A DNA stretch of 64,000 nt from Thalia democratica (GCA_965202585.1 OZ241832.1:38936001-39000000); one strand, 5' to 3'; shown: positions 1 through 11,540, counted from the first letter of the stretch. Program-made: numbers and translations. The notes: generated by a model not told the origin, from the sequence alone.

Positions 1-122
1 AACTTGATTTGTTAAACAAACTATCAAAACTGTTTGATAACGATTGAAGTGTTAAATTTAAGTATAAAAGTTTTTTAAAACAACTAAGTTACTAAATTAG
101 TTATAGTTTTAGAATTTGAAGC

Positions 123-851
123 ATTAAGTTAAACAAAACAAGCTTAAACAACACAGGTAAAATTTTTTATTATGCTCTTGTACTTGGTGGTCATGGTAGA
201 GGTAAGCCACCTCTTCCAGTTGCAGAAATGCTTTCAAATTCACATAAAACCATTGATGTAGAAGCATTTTTGTCAAACTGGTATTATCAGTTTAGAAAGT
301 TTAGTAGAGTCCCTATATGGAAAATAGAAGTTGATTTTTCATATCCATTTTTACACTCCATTTCCAGTGTATTTAATAATGAAACTTTGCACAGCTATAT
401 TACAAGGTAAGTATAAACTTTATTACATGTTGTGTATTCAATTAAAAACTGAAATAAATAGGCATTACAATAAGGAAGTAAACAATAAAAAGACTATCAT
501 CCACATCTGCTCATCACACGTCATCAAAGCAGTGATGAGCCATATTAACAAAGCCACAAATAACAAGACTGCTAAAAGGCTTTACGGTCATGTGTTTGCT
601 TCAATGGTAAGTTTTAAAAGTTAATTACAAAAGGTAGTTTTTAAAAAAAATATTTTTAGATCAACTGTGATGATTTAGAAGAAATGTTAGTTACTTTCTA
701 CAATTTGTGTGCACTTAGTTTGTGTGAAAGATCTAGTTACCACTCAACTAGGGCAGAAGTTTATCTAAATTTTTCAATCTGTCCATCTGATCTTCCAGAT
801 ATCAGGAAAGAGATGGTGGCAGAGCTTGTCTTAGGTTTTCTTTTTAATTAG
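123..851 (+). mobile_element. Truncated, intron-containing Mutator/Foldback (NOF-like) DDE transposase fragment; exons ~123-406, 462-606, 660-851
   Basis: Two GT-AG introns (407-461, 607-659) join the track ORFs 228..410 and 331..624 in frame to give ...FYYALV..PLPVAEMLSNSH..VEAFLSNW..IEVDFSYPFLHSISSVFN..LHSYITR-HYNK..IIHICSSHVIK.. This resembles the NOF/MULE-type 'PV.xMLSExH...D.S.Al..a...aFN...CxxH' signature. Family assignment is from recalled motifs, not a search. Confidence 0.55.
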
Positions 852-1058
852 AACTATTAGTAAGATAATATTGTGTTAATTATAGTTTTATCGTTATTAA
901 AATTCAGTGATAGTTATTTTTTGATTATGTTTTGTTTGTATAATTATACTTTTTATTTACAAACCAAAAAAAAAATTTGATTCAAAATTATGTTAAGTTT
1001 ACTACTTAGACAAATTAAGTTTGATCAATTTTGTTAATTTTTGCAGTTTGTTTTATTA

Positions 1059-1470
1059 AAATGTGACCAGGCTTGCATTGATTTTAACTAGTGTATTAAT
1101 TAGATTCAAGTTAGCTTTTGTATATTAGTTTAGATACAGTTTTTATCAATGATTATTAATACAGTTTTTTTATTAATTATGTAAACAAGTGTGCCTTTTT
1201 TATTTATTAGTTTTTAAATACAATCTAGAAATGTGAACAGGTTTGCCTTGTTTTAGATATAAAAACAATAAATTACAGTTGATTTTTGTGTATAAGTGTA
1301 GATATTTTTTTGCTGAAGATTGCTTTTTATTATTAAAAATGTGAACAGGTTTGCCTTGTTTTAGTTATAAAAAAATAAATTACAGTTGATTTTTGTGTAT
1401 AAGTGTACTTATTTTTTTAATGAAGATTGTTTTTCATTATTTAAAATGTAAACTAGAGTGCCTTGTTTTT
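1059..1470. repeat. Degenerate ~108-bp tandem repeat (2 close copies plus diverged partial copies)
   Basis: AAATGTGAACAGGTTTGCCTTGTTTTAG..AAATTACAGTTGATTTTTGTGTATAAGTGTA at 1229 and 1337; diverged starts at 1444, ~1179 and 1059. Confidence 0.75.
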
Positions 1471-2371
1471 TAATTAGTGTGATAGTTTATTTACATTGAG
1501 ATATATATATATAATTTTGACACTAAAACATTTTTTAAATGTGAAGAAAGTGTCAGCTTTTTCGTTTTGGAATTCTTTACTTTTCGTTGCATTATAGTAG
1601 AGTGTTGATTTTTTTAAATAGCTGCTTTTAAAGTAATGCTTTTTTTTGTTTGTATATATTTAAATGTATTAAGAAGAACTTTATTTTTTATTTTATTAGG
1701 TCGTTGAAATTTATTTTATTTTTGAACAAAGAAGTAGATTTTTGGTTTTTTTTTTTATGGTCATGTTTATAAAAGATCAAACATATCAAAAAATTCTACT
1801 GTAGTAGTTAATTTTTACAGAGTTTTATGTTGAAGGGGTGAAATTCTCAATCAAAAATTCCTTCTTGTATTATTTTTAGAATTTTTGATGTTATTATTTA
1901 CTTCTGAAAACAAATTAAGTGTCTTAAAATAAAAGTTACTGTTTAAAGCAGTTCTTTATTAATTGCTTTAAAAGTTTCTTTACATTTTAAGTCAACTTTA
2001 TATCTACAAAAAGTTATTACTGATGTTTATTTTTCTCTTTATTTTTACTAAACTATAGCTACTTTAAATTTTGTTTATTTTAAAATTCATTGATTTTTAA
2101 ATGCTAAACTTTGATTGATTTTAATAATTAAGTAAAACAAACCAATTTCCAACTAACTTATAGTTAATAATATGCTTTTAAAATCTTAGTTTTATAATTT
2201 ATTATAAAGCCGGATGGTAGTAAACTATTTGTAACATGTATTTTAATTTTTTTTTATCTACGAAAAAAAGTACTTAACAACAAAAAGAATATACATACTA
2301 TATGAACAACAATATTGTGTAGTAAATTGATAACTTTATAGGTTTCAGAAACATTTATTTATTTCAACTTG

Positions 2372-3954
2372 CTTAGACGAAGACGCCAATACCTCTTTTA
2401 AAGACCAGCTTTGACTCTTTATACGAGAATTCTCCGAAACTATTTTTTTATGACGAAAAATGACTTTTTTTTGTGACGTCATTTTTGAAAAAAATACGTC
2501 AAAAATTAAAAATCAAAGACTGAATTGCAAAACTACAGACCTTAGGGAAGACGCCCATACCATTTTTTTAGACCAACTTTGACTCTTTATACGAGAATTC
2601 TCCGAAACTAATTTTTTATGACGAAAAATGACTTTTTTTTGTGACGTCATTTTTGAATAAAATACGTCAAAAATAAAAAATCAAAGACTGAATTGCAAAA
2701 CTACATACCTTAGGGAAGACGCCCATACCATTTTTAAAGACCAACTTTGACTCTTTATATGAGAATTCTCCGAAACTATTTTTTTATGACGAAAAATGAC
2801 TTTTTTTTTGTGACGTCATTTTTGAATAAAATACGTCAAAAATTAAAAATCAAAGACTGAATTGCAAAACTACAGACCTTAGGAAAGACGCCCATACCAT
2901 TTTTTTAGACCAACTTTGACTCTTTATACGAGAATTCTCCGAAACTATTTTTTTATGACGAAAAATAACTTTTTTTTGTGACGTCATTTTTGAATAAAAT
3001 ACGTCAAAAATAAAAAATCAAAGACTGAATTGCAAAACTACAGACCTTAGGGAAGACGCCCATACCATTTTTTTAGACCAACTTTGACTCTTTATACGAG
3101 AATTCTCCGAAACTATTTTTTTATGACGAAAAATGACTTTTTTTTGTGACGTCATTTTTGAAAAAAATACGTCAAAAATAAAAAATCAAAGACTGAATTG
3201 CAAAACTACAGACCTTAGGGAAGACGCCCATACCATTTTTTTAGACCAACTTTGACTCTTTATACGAGAATTCTCCGAAACTATTTTTTTATGACGAAAA
3301 ATGACTTTTTTTTGTGACGTCATTTTTGAAAAAAATACGTCAAAAATAAAAAATCAAAGACTGAATTGCAAAACTACAGACCTTAGGGAAGACGCCCATA
3401 CCATTTTTTTAGACCAACTTTGACTCTTTATACGAGAATTCTCCGAAACTATTTTGTTATGACGAAAAATGACTTTTTTTTGTGACGTCATTTTTGAAAA
3501 AAATACGTCAAAAATTAAAAATCAAAGACTGAATTGCAAAACTACAGACCTTAGGGAAGACGCCCATACCATTTTTTTAGACCAACTTTGACTCTTTATA
3601 CGAGAATTCTCCGAAACTATTTTTTTATGACGAAAAATGACTTTTTTTTGTGACGTCATTTTTGAAAAAAATACGTCAAAAATTAAAAATCAAAGACTGA
3701 ATTGCAAAACTACAGACCTTAGGGAAGACGCCCATACCATTTTTAAAGACCAACTTTGACTCTTTATATGAGAATTCTCCGAAACTATTTTTTATGACGA
3801 AAAATGACTTTTTTTTTGTGACGTCATTTTTGAAAAAAAATACGTCAAAAACTAAAAATCAAAGACTGAATTGCAAAACTACAGACCTTAAGGAAGACGC
3901 CAATACCTCTTTTAAAGATCAACTTTGACTCTTTATATGAGAATTCTCCGAAAC
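2372..3954. repeat. 168-bp tandem array (satellite/minisatellite), ~9.4 units
   Basis: GAAGACGCC anchor at 2379, 2547, 2715, 2884 (AAAGACGCC variant), 3052, 3220, 3388, 3556, 3724 and 3893. Units are near-identical, each with GAATTC; each full unit also has TGACGTCA. Confidence 0.97.
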
Positions 3955-4531
3955 AAAATTACATCGAATACTTGGCGAATACTACACTAAATGCTGCAAC
4001 GTCTCTTCAACTGTATACAGGGTTTGTGCACGTCAGGCTAAGCCAGGCTAAATCAGTTTTTTGTAAAGTTGAAAAACATCAGGCTAAATCTGTTTTTTTA
4101 TTTAAAAATTTGAGATACTTAGTTTTCACACTTCAAATGCTTGAAAATTTTTGATTAAAAAAAATTGAGAAATCTTTTTAAGAACAGGTTGAGAACAATT
4201 GAAGACAAAATCAGTCAGTATTTGTACAAATAAATGCTTAAAACCTTTTGTTGAATCTCTAAAAAAATTTTAAGAATCTTCAATATTTTGTTTTGAGTAG
4301 ATTATATATGTCATAATTAAGAAAATTTATTAAAAAAAATATATTCTAAACAATACAGTTTAGTTCAACAACTTTTTAAATCTTATATGACATCAACAAT
4401 CACTGTATTTATTTAGAGTTTAGGATTCATAATTATGTATCAATTTTAAGTATTAATCAAAATACTATTATAAACATTTTTTACTTATTTTAATACTCTT
4501 GTAAGCGTTTCATTTAAAATTTTGATAAAAC

Positions 4532-6379
4532 CAGGGTTGCCACACACTCAGGGAACTCATGGAATCTCAGGGAATTTTCAAACTGTAGAAAATCTCAGGG
4601 AAACTCAGGGAATTTTGGCATTTTTCTATTAACTCAGGGAAACTCAGGGAAGTTTTGATTTTTTCTCTAAATTTCAGGGAAGGTTTTGAAAATCTCAGGG
4701 AAATTTTTTTCTAGATCTAGAATGAGGTTTAGTTAATCCAGTTTCAATATTTTGTTCAAAAGTAGTAATTTTTATTATTTAAGTGGTTATTTAGAATTTT
4801 TTTAGCCTTGCGGCTAGTTCTTCAATATTCTTAGTATTAACATTATAGTGTTAATATGATAATATTAACTTAATGAATAAGAATGACTGTTGGTTTGAAC
4901 TTTTTAAGAAGGGCTGCTGTTTTAAATCCGGCATGTCTAATTGGAATGGGTAAAGACCGTTGTGTCAGAAACTTTACAAGGTTGGTCCAACAACTTGTTA
5001 GCATGAAGATACTAAAAGCAAAAGAGGGTGATGACAGCATTAATCAATACATTGATTTGTTAAGTTCTTCTAACACTCAAATACTTTTTGAAAATTTTAT
5101 TGAAAAAAGTCACAGTTTAGACACCTTTTATTTTGACACACTCGATATCCCAAGCAAGTATAAAGATTTAACAAGAGTCCTTGAGGCTGTTTTTGTGCTT
5201 CACAATGGCCAGGCAAGTGTTGAACGGGGCTTTAGCTTAAATAAGGAAGTAATATCAACTAATATGGGAGAGATGACAATAAGGTCCCGAAGAATGATCA
5301 AAGATCATCTATATGCAAACAGTCTAGAACCAAGCACAGTTGAAATAAGTTCTGAAATGTTAAAATTTGTAAAATCTTCTAGGGCCCAATATTTGGCATA
5401 TCTTGAGCAACAGCGCTTTGCTAAAAATGTTCCAAATAAAGGTGATGCTTTGAGCAATTTAGGAGAACAAAAAAGTAAACTTACAAAGCAACTCAAATGT
5501 TTGAATGAAGACTATGACAAATATACTGCAGATGCCAACAAACAGTCTGATTTAGAAGCAATGAAAGAATTATTAGCAAGAGGAATAGCTGCTAAGGACA
5601 ACGCAAATAAACTTGAAAATAAAATTAAAACTATTGATTTAGAAATTGCATACTTAAAAAAACAGTGTTAAGATTTTTTTATTAGGTAAAGTGAAATTGT
5701 TTTAAAATCAAAATTATGTTTTCAGTTATTTAAAATAGATTGTGTATGAACATCTAAAAGACATAAAAAAAAAATTAATTTTAGATTATTTTGTATCAGT
5801 TGTTAGGTATTAAGTTGTACTTTGATATGAGATATTTCTTTAACTATTTCTTTAAATTTTCATTTTGCAGGTTTTTTTACAATAATCTAAAGCTTTTAAG
5901 TTTTATTTACTGCATTCAGAACAGTTGCTAGGAAAGACATACAAGTCATAATGAAGTTATTATGTATGTATTTAAGTAAGTTCTTCATGTGAAATTATTA
6001 TTATAGTATAATTAAATTTTGTCAATTAAAATGTCAAACAAGTTAAACTTTATTCTTTTATGTAGAAAGTTAACTAAGATAAATGTAGAAAGTTGTGCAA
6101 AAATTTAGTTTTTAATTTTTAATTGGTTTAAACCTTTTAAGATTGAGTTTTTGAAAACAGTTATTTTCATAAATTTAATGCAGAAGCATACACATACAAC
6201 CTTCCTTTTATTATTAAAGAAGAAAAATGAGAATGAGGTATTAATAATTTGTGTTAGAAGAGAATTTTTTTTTTTAAGATTTGAAAAATACTCAGGGAAA
6301 CTCAGGGAAATTTAAGGTTACTCAGGGAAATTTTTGGTCACTCAGGGAAGATTTTTTGGCTCAAAGAGTGGCAGCCCTG
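4532..6379 (+). mobile_element. Internally deleted hAT-like DNA transposon nested in the 4018-6799 element, 6-bp TSD TAAAAC
   Basis: TIRs CAGGGTTGCCAC / CAGGGCTGCCAC(rc). TAAAAC at 4526-4531 and 6380-6385. Multiple CTCAGGGAA subterminal repeats at both ends. Carries a transposase C-terminal ORF. Confidence 0.85.
4883..5671 (+). CDS. C-terminal fragment (262 aa) of a hAT-family transposase, including the dimerization-region motif
   Basis: Open ORF with VFVLHNGQASVERGFSLNK (hAT C-terminal 'A.vERxFS' motif) followed by a coiled-coil-like tail. Lies between the TIRs; the N-terminal and catalytic regions are absent. Confidence 0.75.
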   Translation: MTVGLNFLRRAAVLNPACLIGMGKDRCVRNFTRLVQQLVSMKILKAKEGDDSINQYIDLLSSSNTQILFENFIEKSHSLDTFYFDTLDIPSKYKDLTRVLEAVFVLHNGQASVERGFSLNKEVISTNMGEMTIRSRRMIKDHLYANSLEPSTVEISSEMLKFVKSSRAQYLAYLEQQRFAKNVPNKGDALSNLGEQKSKLTKQLKCLNEDYDKYTADANKQSDLEAMKELLARGIAAKDNANKLENKIKTIDLEIAYLKKQC

Positions 6380-8331
6380 TAAAACACAACAATGCACGTC
6401 GTTTTATTATAATTCTTCTGGTTATAATGTTTTTACTTAGTGCTTAATTAAATTGAACAATTGTGTTTAGTAATATATATTAAAATTTTACACTAGTAAT
6501 AGTTTAGAAATAACACTTATTTGAAAACTTAGCACTGTATTTGTTATGTTAAGGACATAGGGGGGATCAATTACCTAGTTCACAATTTAGTCTTATTTTA
6601 TTGAGTTGTAACTAAGCTATGAGTTGCTTTTTGCATATTTTTAAAGCTCAAAATGTTTTTGAGATAAAGCTGGTTGAAGTCGGAGACTACAATAGTACTA
6701 ATCAAGACCCCCCAACACCTAAAATGACTTCTAAAGGGGATTTTACTTACTTTGAAAAAAATGTCAGGCTAAATGAAAAAAATTTGCGCACGAACCCTGT
6801 GTATATAACAGTATCAATTCAACAAGGCTACTTTTAAACTTTTTTGTATTGTTTTAGTAATATGGTTTATGTATGTTACATATTGGTGTGAACTTAGTAT
6901 AAAAACCAACTCATTTTGTTAGGCTTTATTTAGCGCTAAGAATAGTGTCATTTTAAATTAAATTCTACATTATTAGATAAATTAAAGACGGATTTTAATA
7001 ACAAAACGAGTTTATATTTATACTGAGTCCACACCTATATGTAACATACATAAAGCATTATACTAAAAGAATACAAAAAAGTTTAAAAGTAGCATTTTTG
7101 AAATGACACTGTTATATGCAGTTGAAGAGTCACCTAAGGTGCCAGCTAAAATTACATTGATACAAATTACATACATACTTGTTTTTAAAATAAAGTTGAA
7201 AATCATTGAAAATAAAGCTGAAAAATTCCTATATATTGAACCAAAGTGTGCTCATCTAAAGTTAAGCATAACTAAATAATTTGTGAACACTCACAACTAA
7301 GGTCAATGGATTGGTGTAGAGAAAGACCTTTTGGTCATTGAGCTGTGCACCATTTGCTTGTAACTAATAGTTCGAACTAACTTTAAAACATAAATAAAAT
7401 AAAATTATTTTAGAAAATGTTCATATGTACATTAATAAAGAAGTATTTAAGTTTAAAAATGGTAAGTACCCTTTTTTAACCTATTTCTGCCAATATTGAC
7501 CATGGAACCCATAGTCTACCATGGGCTTCACACCATCTATATAACAAATATTAAAAAAAAAATCACAAATACCATGAATAGAACTTGTTAGGAAAGATAC
7601 CTTTCAGTCATCAAGCTACACACCGCCTCTTTAATTTGGCTGTTGTGATTTATGTGTTTAGAATTAATGTTATGAGGCATGTGACCTAATGGTGTAGGGT
7701 CCAAATGAGAATTTTGGAAATCCTTAGAGTTAAACTTGCAAGATAAAAATGTTATAGACATAACATAAACAACTAAAAAAGTAAAAAAAGAAGTTTTTAA
7801 TAACTAAAACATTAAAACAATGTTAATTAAGATTAACAAAACTGAATAAAACTCACAACTTAGTTATTTTTAAATAGGTATAGTAAGCTATTAACAGTAT
7901 ATTTTTTCAGTTTATGGCTCATAATATTTTTGGTTACAGTTTTCTGATAAACATAGCTACAAAGACAGAATTGATAAAAAAAACAAAATTCTGGAAAATT
8001 TCAAATTTGAATTTTTTATAAAATCACTTTGACTTTTGAACAAAAATCACTTAAAAAGTAGACAAATCTGAATTTTAAACATTTTTTTACATGTATTTTA
8101 AAAATTAAGTATTGATTTGATACAAATAATCTGTCACATCCAATAATTATTTGTGTCATTTATAATTTTACTTATCAAAAAAGAGCTTTACAGTATCTTT
8201 TCAACGTTTTTATACTATATAAGAAATATTTTTACCTAAAATTTAATTAAACAAAAAATGGACAAAAAACAAAGCGTTTTTAAACAACTAAAAAAAAATC
8301 CAAAAAACATTTGACCTGTATTAAATATCAT

Positions 8332-10088
8332 CACGGTTGCCAAAAAACTTGGAAACCTGAAAAGTCCTAGTTTGACAATTTAAATACAAAAAACCTGTAA
8401 TTGTAAAATTTAAAAAATCTGGTATTTCAAACAATATTAACATGAAAAGTAATTAAATTTTGATTAGAATCAAAAAATATATCATATGAAATGATATTTT
8501 TCTATTTTTATTTTTAAATGCATTAAAAAAACAGAGTAACCACACACTCTCAATAACTCGGGATATTTTGAATTTTTTTAAATCTTTGGATGACTCAGGA
8601 TAACTCAGTGTAATAACTTAGGACTACTATGATTTTTTAAAACTTAAGCTGACTTAGCATATTTTTTTTACATATAAGAATTTCAGGATAGTTCAAGGTT
8701 GCCACACACTCAGGATAATTCAGGTTATTTTTAAGTTTTTGAAAATCTTATAATGACTCAGAACAGCTCAGGATAACTTAGGATATTTTGAATTTATTAA
8801 AAAAACTCAGGCTGACTCAGAATAGTTTTTAAGTTTTTCTAATAATCTCAGGACAAACTTAAAAAAAATATTTTAAATGAAATTTATTTCATTTAGTTTC
8901 AGTATTTCATAACCAATTTTGATGAAAAACTAGATTATAATTTTTTTTTTTTTTGAAAAAACTCAGGATGACTCAGAACAGTTTAAGGTCACTTAGCACA
9001 GTTTTTTGACTCAAAAAGTGATAACCCTAGTAGTTTAAAAAAAAAATTTAAACCTCAAGACATTTTTTTTCTAGAAGTTGAATAAAATTTAGTTGATCCA
9101 GTTACAATTTTTTGTCATTTCATATAATTAATTTTGTTCAAAAACTTGATTTTTATGATTTAAAAATGCTTAATAAAATTTTTTAGCTTTACGGATAGCT
9201 TGTCACTACTCTTAAAAATATCATTAGTTTGCACTAAAGGCAAAAAACTATTTTTAAGCATATAAAAAACCCAAGGACAGTTTTTGGTCACTTAGGGTTG
9301 TTTTTGACTCTAAAGAGTTGCGACCTTGAAATAGCATTACAGTAACTTTTTAAGATTCTTATCCTATATAACATAGTTTTTTAATTTTATACAAAATTTT
9401 TTTTGACTTTCTAAAACCTTAAAAATTTAAAAACCTGGAAAAATTTTCAAAGTTTTCTTGAAACTCTGAAAGAGTAATAACTCTTAATTCAAGCTAGTTT
9501 TTGATCACTTAGGCTGGCTTTTTGCCTTATGAAGTTTCCACTGTAAATAGTAATATAAATAACCAATTTCTCATATTAAATTACTAATAACAATTTAAGT
9601 TAATAACTGATAGTGTACTGTATTTTATATAATAAAAGGTTAAGCTAATCTACTTTTAGTTTTATATTTAATAAGTAATTCAAAAATTTTTTTTTTCTGA
9701 CAAATACAGTTTGTATGCTTAAGCTAAGCTATTAAAGTCTTTATATATTTTTGTTTCAAGTTTCAAAATTTAGATGTAAGTGAGAATCTCATAAATCCGA
9801 GTGAATCATTATTTAATGAAAGAATCTTAAATTTAAAAACATGTATTTTTTTATTAACAAGTGAAACAAGAACATAGCAAGCTTTTCTACACAAAGATCC
9901 TTATGTAAATGTTTTAGTAATTTTAGGTATTAAGGCTTGATTAACAACATTATATATCAGTTTTTGAAACATACATCTTATTTAATTCTCTTATAAACTT
10001 AGGCTGACTCAGGCTAGTTTGATGTAACCCATGCTAGTTTTTGGTCACTCAGGCTAGGCTGTTTTTATTAAAAGAGTTGTAACTGCGA
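8332..10088. mobile_element. Cluster of degenerate, nested MITE-like derivatives of the CAGGGTT family
   Basis: Left-end-like sequences at 8332 (CACGGTTGCC), 8532 (CAGAGTAACCACACACTC) and 8694 (CAAGGTTGCCACACACTCAGG). Right-end-like motifs TTTT..GGTCAC(T/C)(T/C)AGG...GAGT..CAACCCTG-like end near 9029, 9328, 9543 and 10088. 9065-9230 is homologous to 4700-4840. Confidence 0.55.
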
Positions 10089-10349
10089 TAATTGTCTTTC
10101 TTTTTTAAATCAATGATTTTATGTAAAAAATGAGGGATCCAAAATAAGCTGTGTATCAGTGTTAGTTTTTGTATTTATTAAGCTGGAGCTGGATAAAAAT
10201 ATAAAGTGATATTATTTAGGACTTTGGAAGTGATTGAATTTAAATTTCTTTTGAACCTTAACTTGGTTTTTGATGTGTTCTAACTTTTAAAATTTTTACA
10301 GAGTATTTATGATTAATATATGTTTTGACACCAATAAGCTCAAATTAAA

Positions 10350-11540
10350 ATGTCTGCTCCTATTGCTCAAACTGAAGATGACTGGGAAAGCTTTACTGAT
10401 TTCAAATCCAGCGAAAAAGATGTTTGTTTTGATTCCAATGGAAATAATAAAGATATGCAATTTGATGACAGTATTGAATTTTCTGAACCAAGCTTGGTTA
10501 GTTACAAAAGTGTAGAAGATTTAGTACATACTTTTGAGGAAAAGTTGGCCAATTGCTTTAGGCTTGATGATGCTAATACTACTGAAGTTTCAAAGAATAT
10601 TGACTATGGGATGCCAAAGCCTTTTAATTTAAATGAGCTTAAAAATAACTTGGTATGGAAGCAATTAACTGATAATTATGGTCTTGTGCAGCCACTTGAT
10701 TGGAAAAATTCAGTTGTTCATAGACTACATCTACCAGCTTTGAATATAAAAAACACAACTGTTGAAGAAGAATCAGAGAATATTGATGAAAATGAATTGA
10801 AAAATCAGTTAGACTTTCATCACATGGTTGAGTACAATGTTTACACTGAAAGTTTACAATATTCACCTTACACAGCCAATGGTATCCAAACAGCAGATGA
10901 GGTTATTGAAGAGATTGAGCAAATGATGTTAGATGCAAATGAAGCTGATGCTGCAGTAGACATTGAAACTCAAGAAACTACAGGTATAATTTTTGATCAG
11001 GTTGATAGTGGGGAAGGTAGTTTGGACTCTATTGCAGACTACTCATCTGAAAACATTCAGAATGAAGAGGACTTATGTGTTGACTTAAAGTCAAATCTTT
11101 GTTTGAATTCAATGTCACTTGCTGAACTTAACAAACATTTTAATCATTTGAATGACAATGTCTCAGTTCTTTCAAATCAGTTATTGAAAGGTCTAGGAAC
11201 AAGAGATGAATTGAAATATGAAATTGAAACAAAAAAGGAGTTCATATCAACTGTACTTGATGTTCAGTGTGCTCAAGAAAAGTTTTGTAAAGAAAACAAC
11301 TATAAACGGAATGGGCTTAAAAGAAGCACTACCATGAACTCCATACCAAAAGCTGGACACCATCTTACTGCCAAAGTTCCATATAACAACAGTGCACCAC
11401 CTACAATCGATGATTTGCAAGTTCTTATTAAAATTTTTAAAGCAATAAGAAATGATAGTGATGAAGTTCCAACTTTGATTACAAACTATATATTGAAAGT
11501 TATTTGCCCAACTACCGGTGACAATCAACTAAAGTTGTAG
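10350..11540 (+). CDS. FEZ: Fasciculation and elongation protein zeta / UNC-76 family kinesin-1 adaptor (396 aa), single coding exon
   Basis: Family motifs SVEDLVHTFEEKLANCF, VWKQLTDNY, TADEVIEEIEQMM, RDELKYEIETKKEFISTVLDVQ and the C-terminus PPTIDDLQVL...VPTLITNYILKVICPT. A 5'-UTR splice acceptor TTTTTACAG ends at 10301. Confidence 0.93.
   Translation: MSAPIAQTEDDWESFTDFKSSEKDVCFDSNGNNKDMQFDDSIEFSEPSLVSYKSVEDLVHTFEEKLANCFRLDDANTTEVSKNIDYGMPKPFNLNELKNNLVWKQLTDNYGLVQPLDWKNSVVHRLHLPALNIKNTTVEEESENIDENELKNQLDFHHMVEYNVYTESLQYSPYTANGIQTADEVIEEIEQMMLDANEADAAVDIETQETTGIIFDQVDSGEGSLDSIADYSSENIQNEEDLCVDLKSNLCLNSMSLAELNKHFNHLNDNVSVLSNQLLKGLGTRDELKYEIETKKEFISTVLDVQCAQEKFCKENNYKRNGLKRSTTMNSIPKAGHHLTAKVPYNNSAPPTIDDLQVLIKIFKAIRNDSDEVPTLITNYILKVICPTTGDNQLKL

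Larger units (their letters stand above)
4018..6799. mobile_element. Non-autonomous hAT-like TIR element (outer), 6-bp TSD TGTATA
   Basis: Left end CAGGGTTTGTGCAC (4018) versus reverse complement of right end CAGGGTTCGTGCGC (ends 6799), 12/14 match. TGTATA immediately flanks both sides. CAGGCTA subterminal motifs at both ends. Confidence 0.65.

Noticed and set aside
2372-3954. CRISPR-like array
   Set aside because: Units repeat along their whole 168 bp with no unique spacers, there are no cas genes, and the context is eukaryotic.
3972-4154. Short ORFs 3972..4154, 6619..6837 and 25901..26098 as genes
   Set aside because: They lie in or across transposon termini and subterminal repeats and show no recognisable domains.
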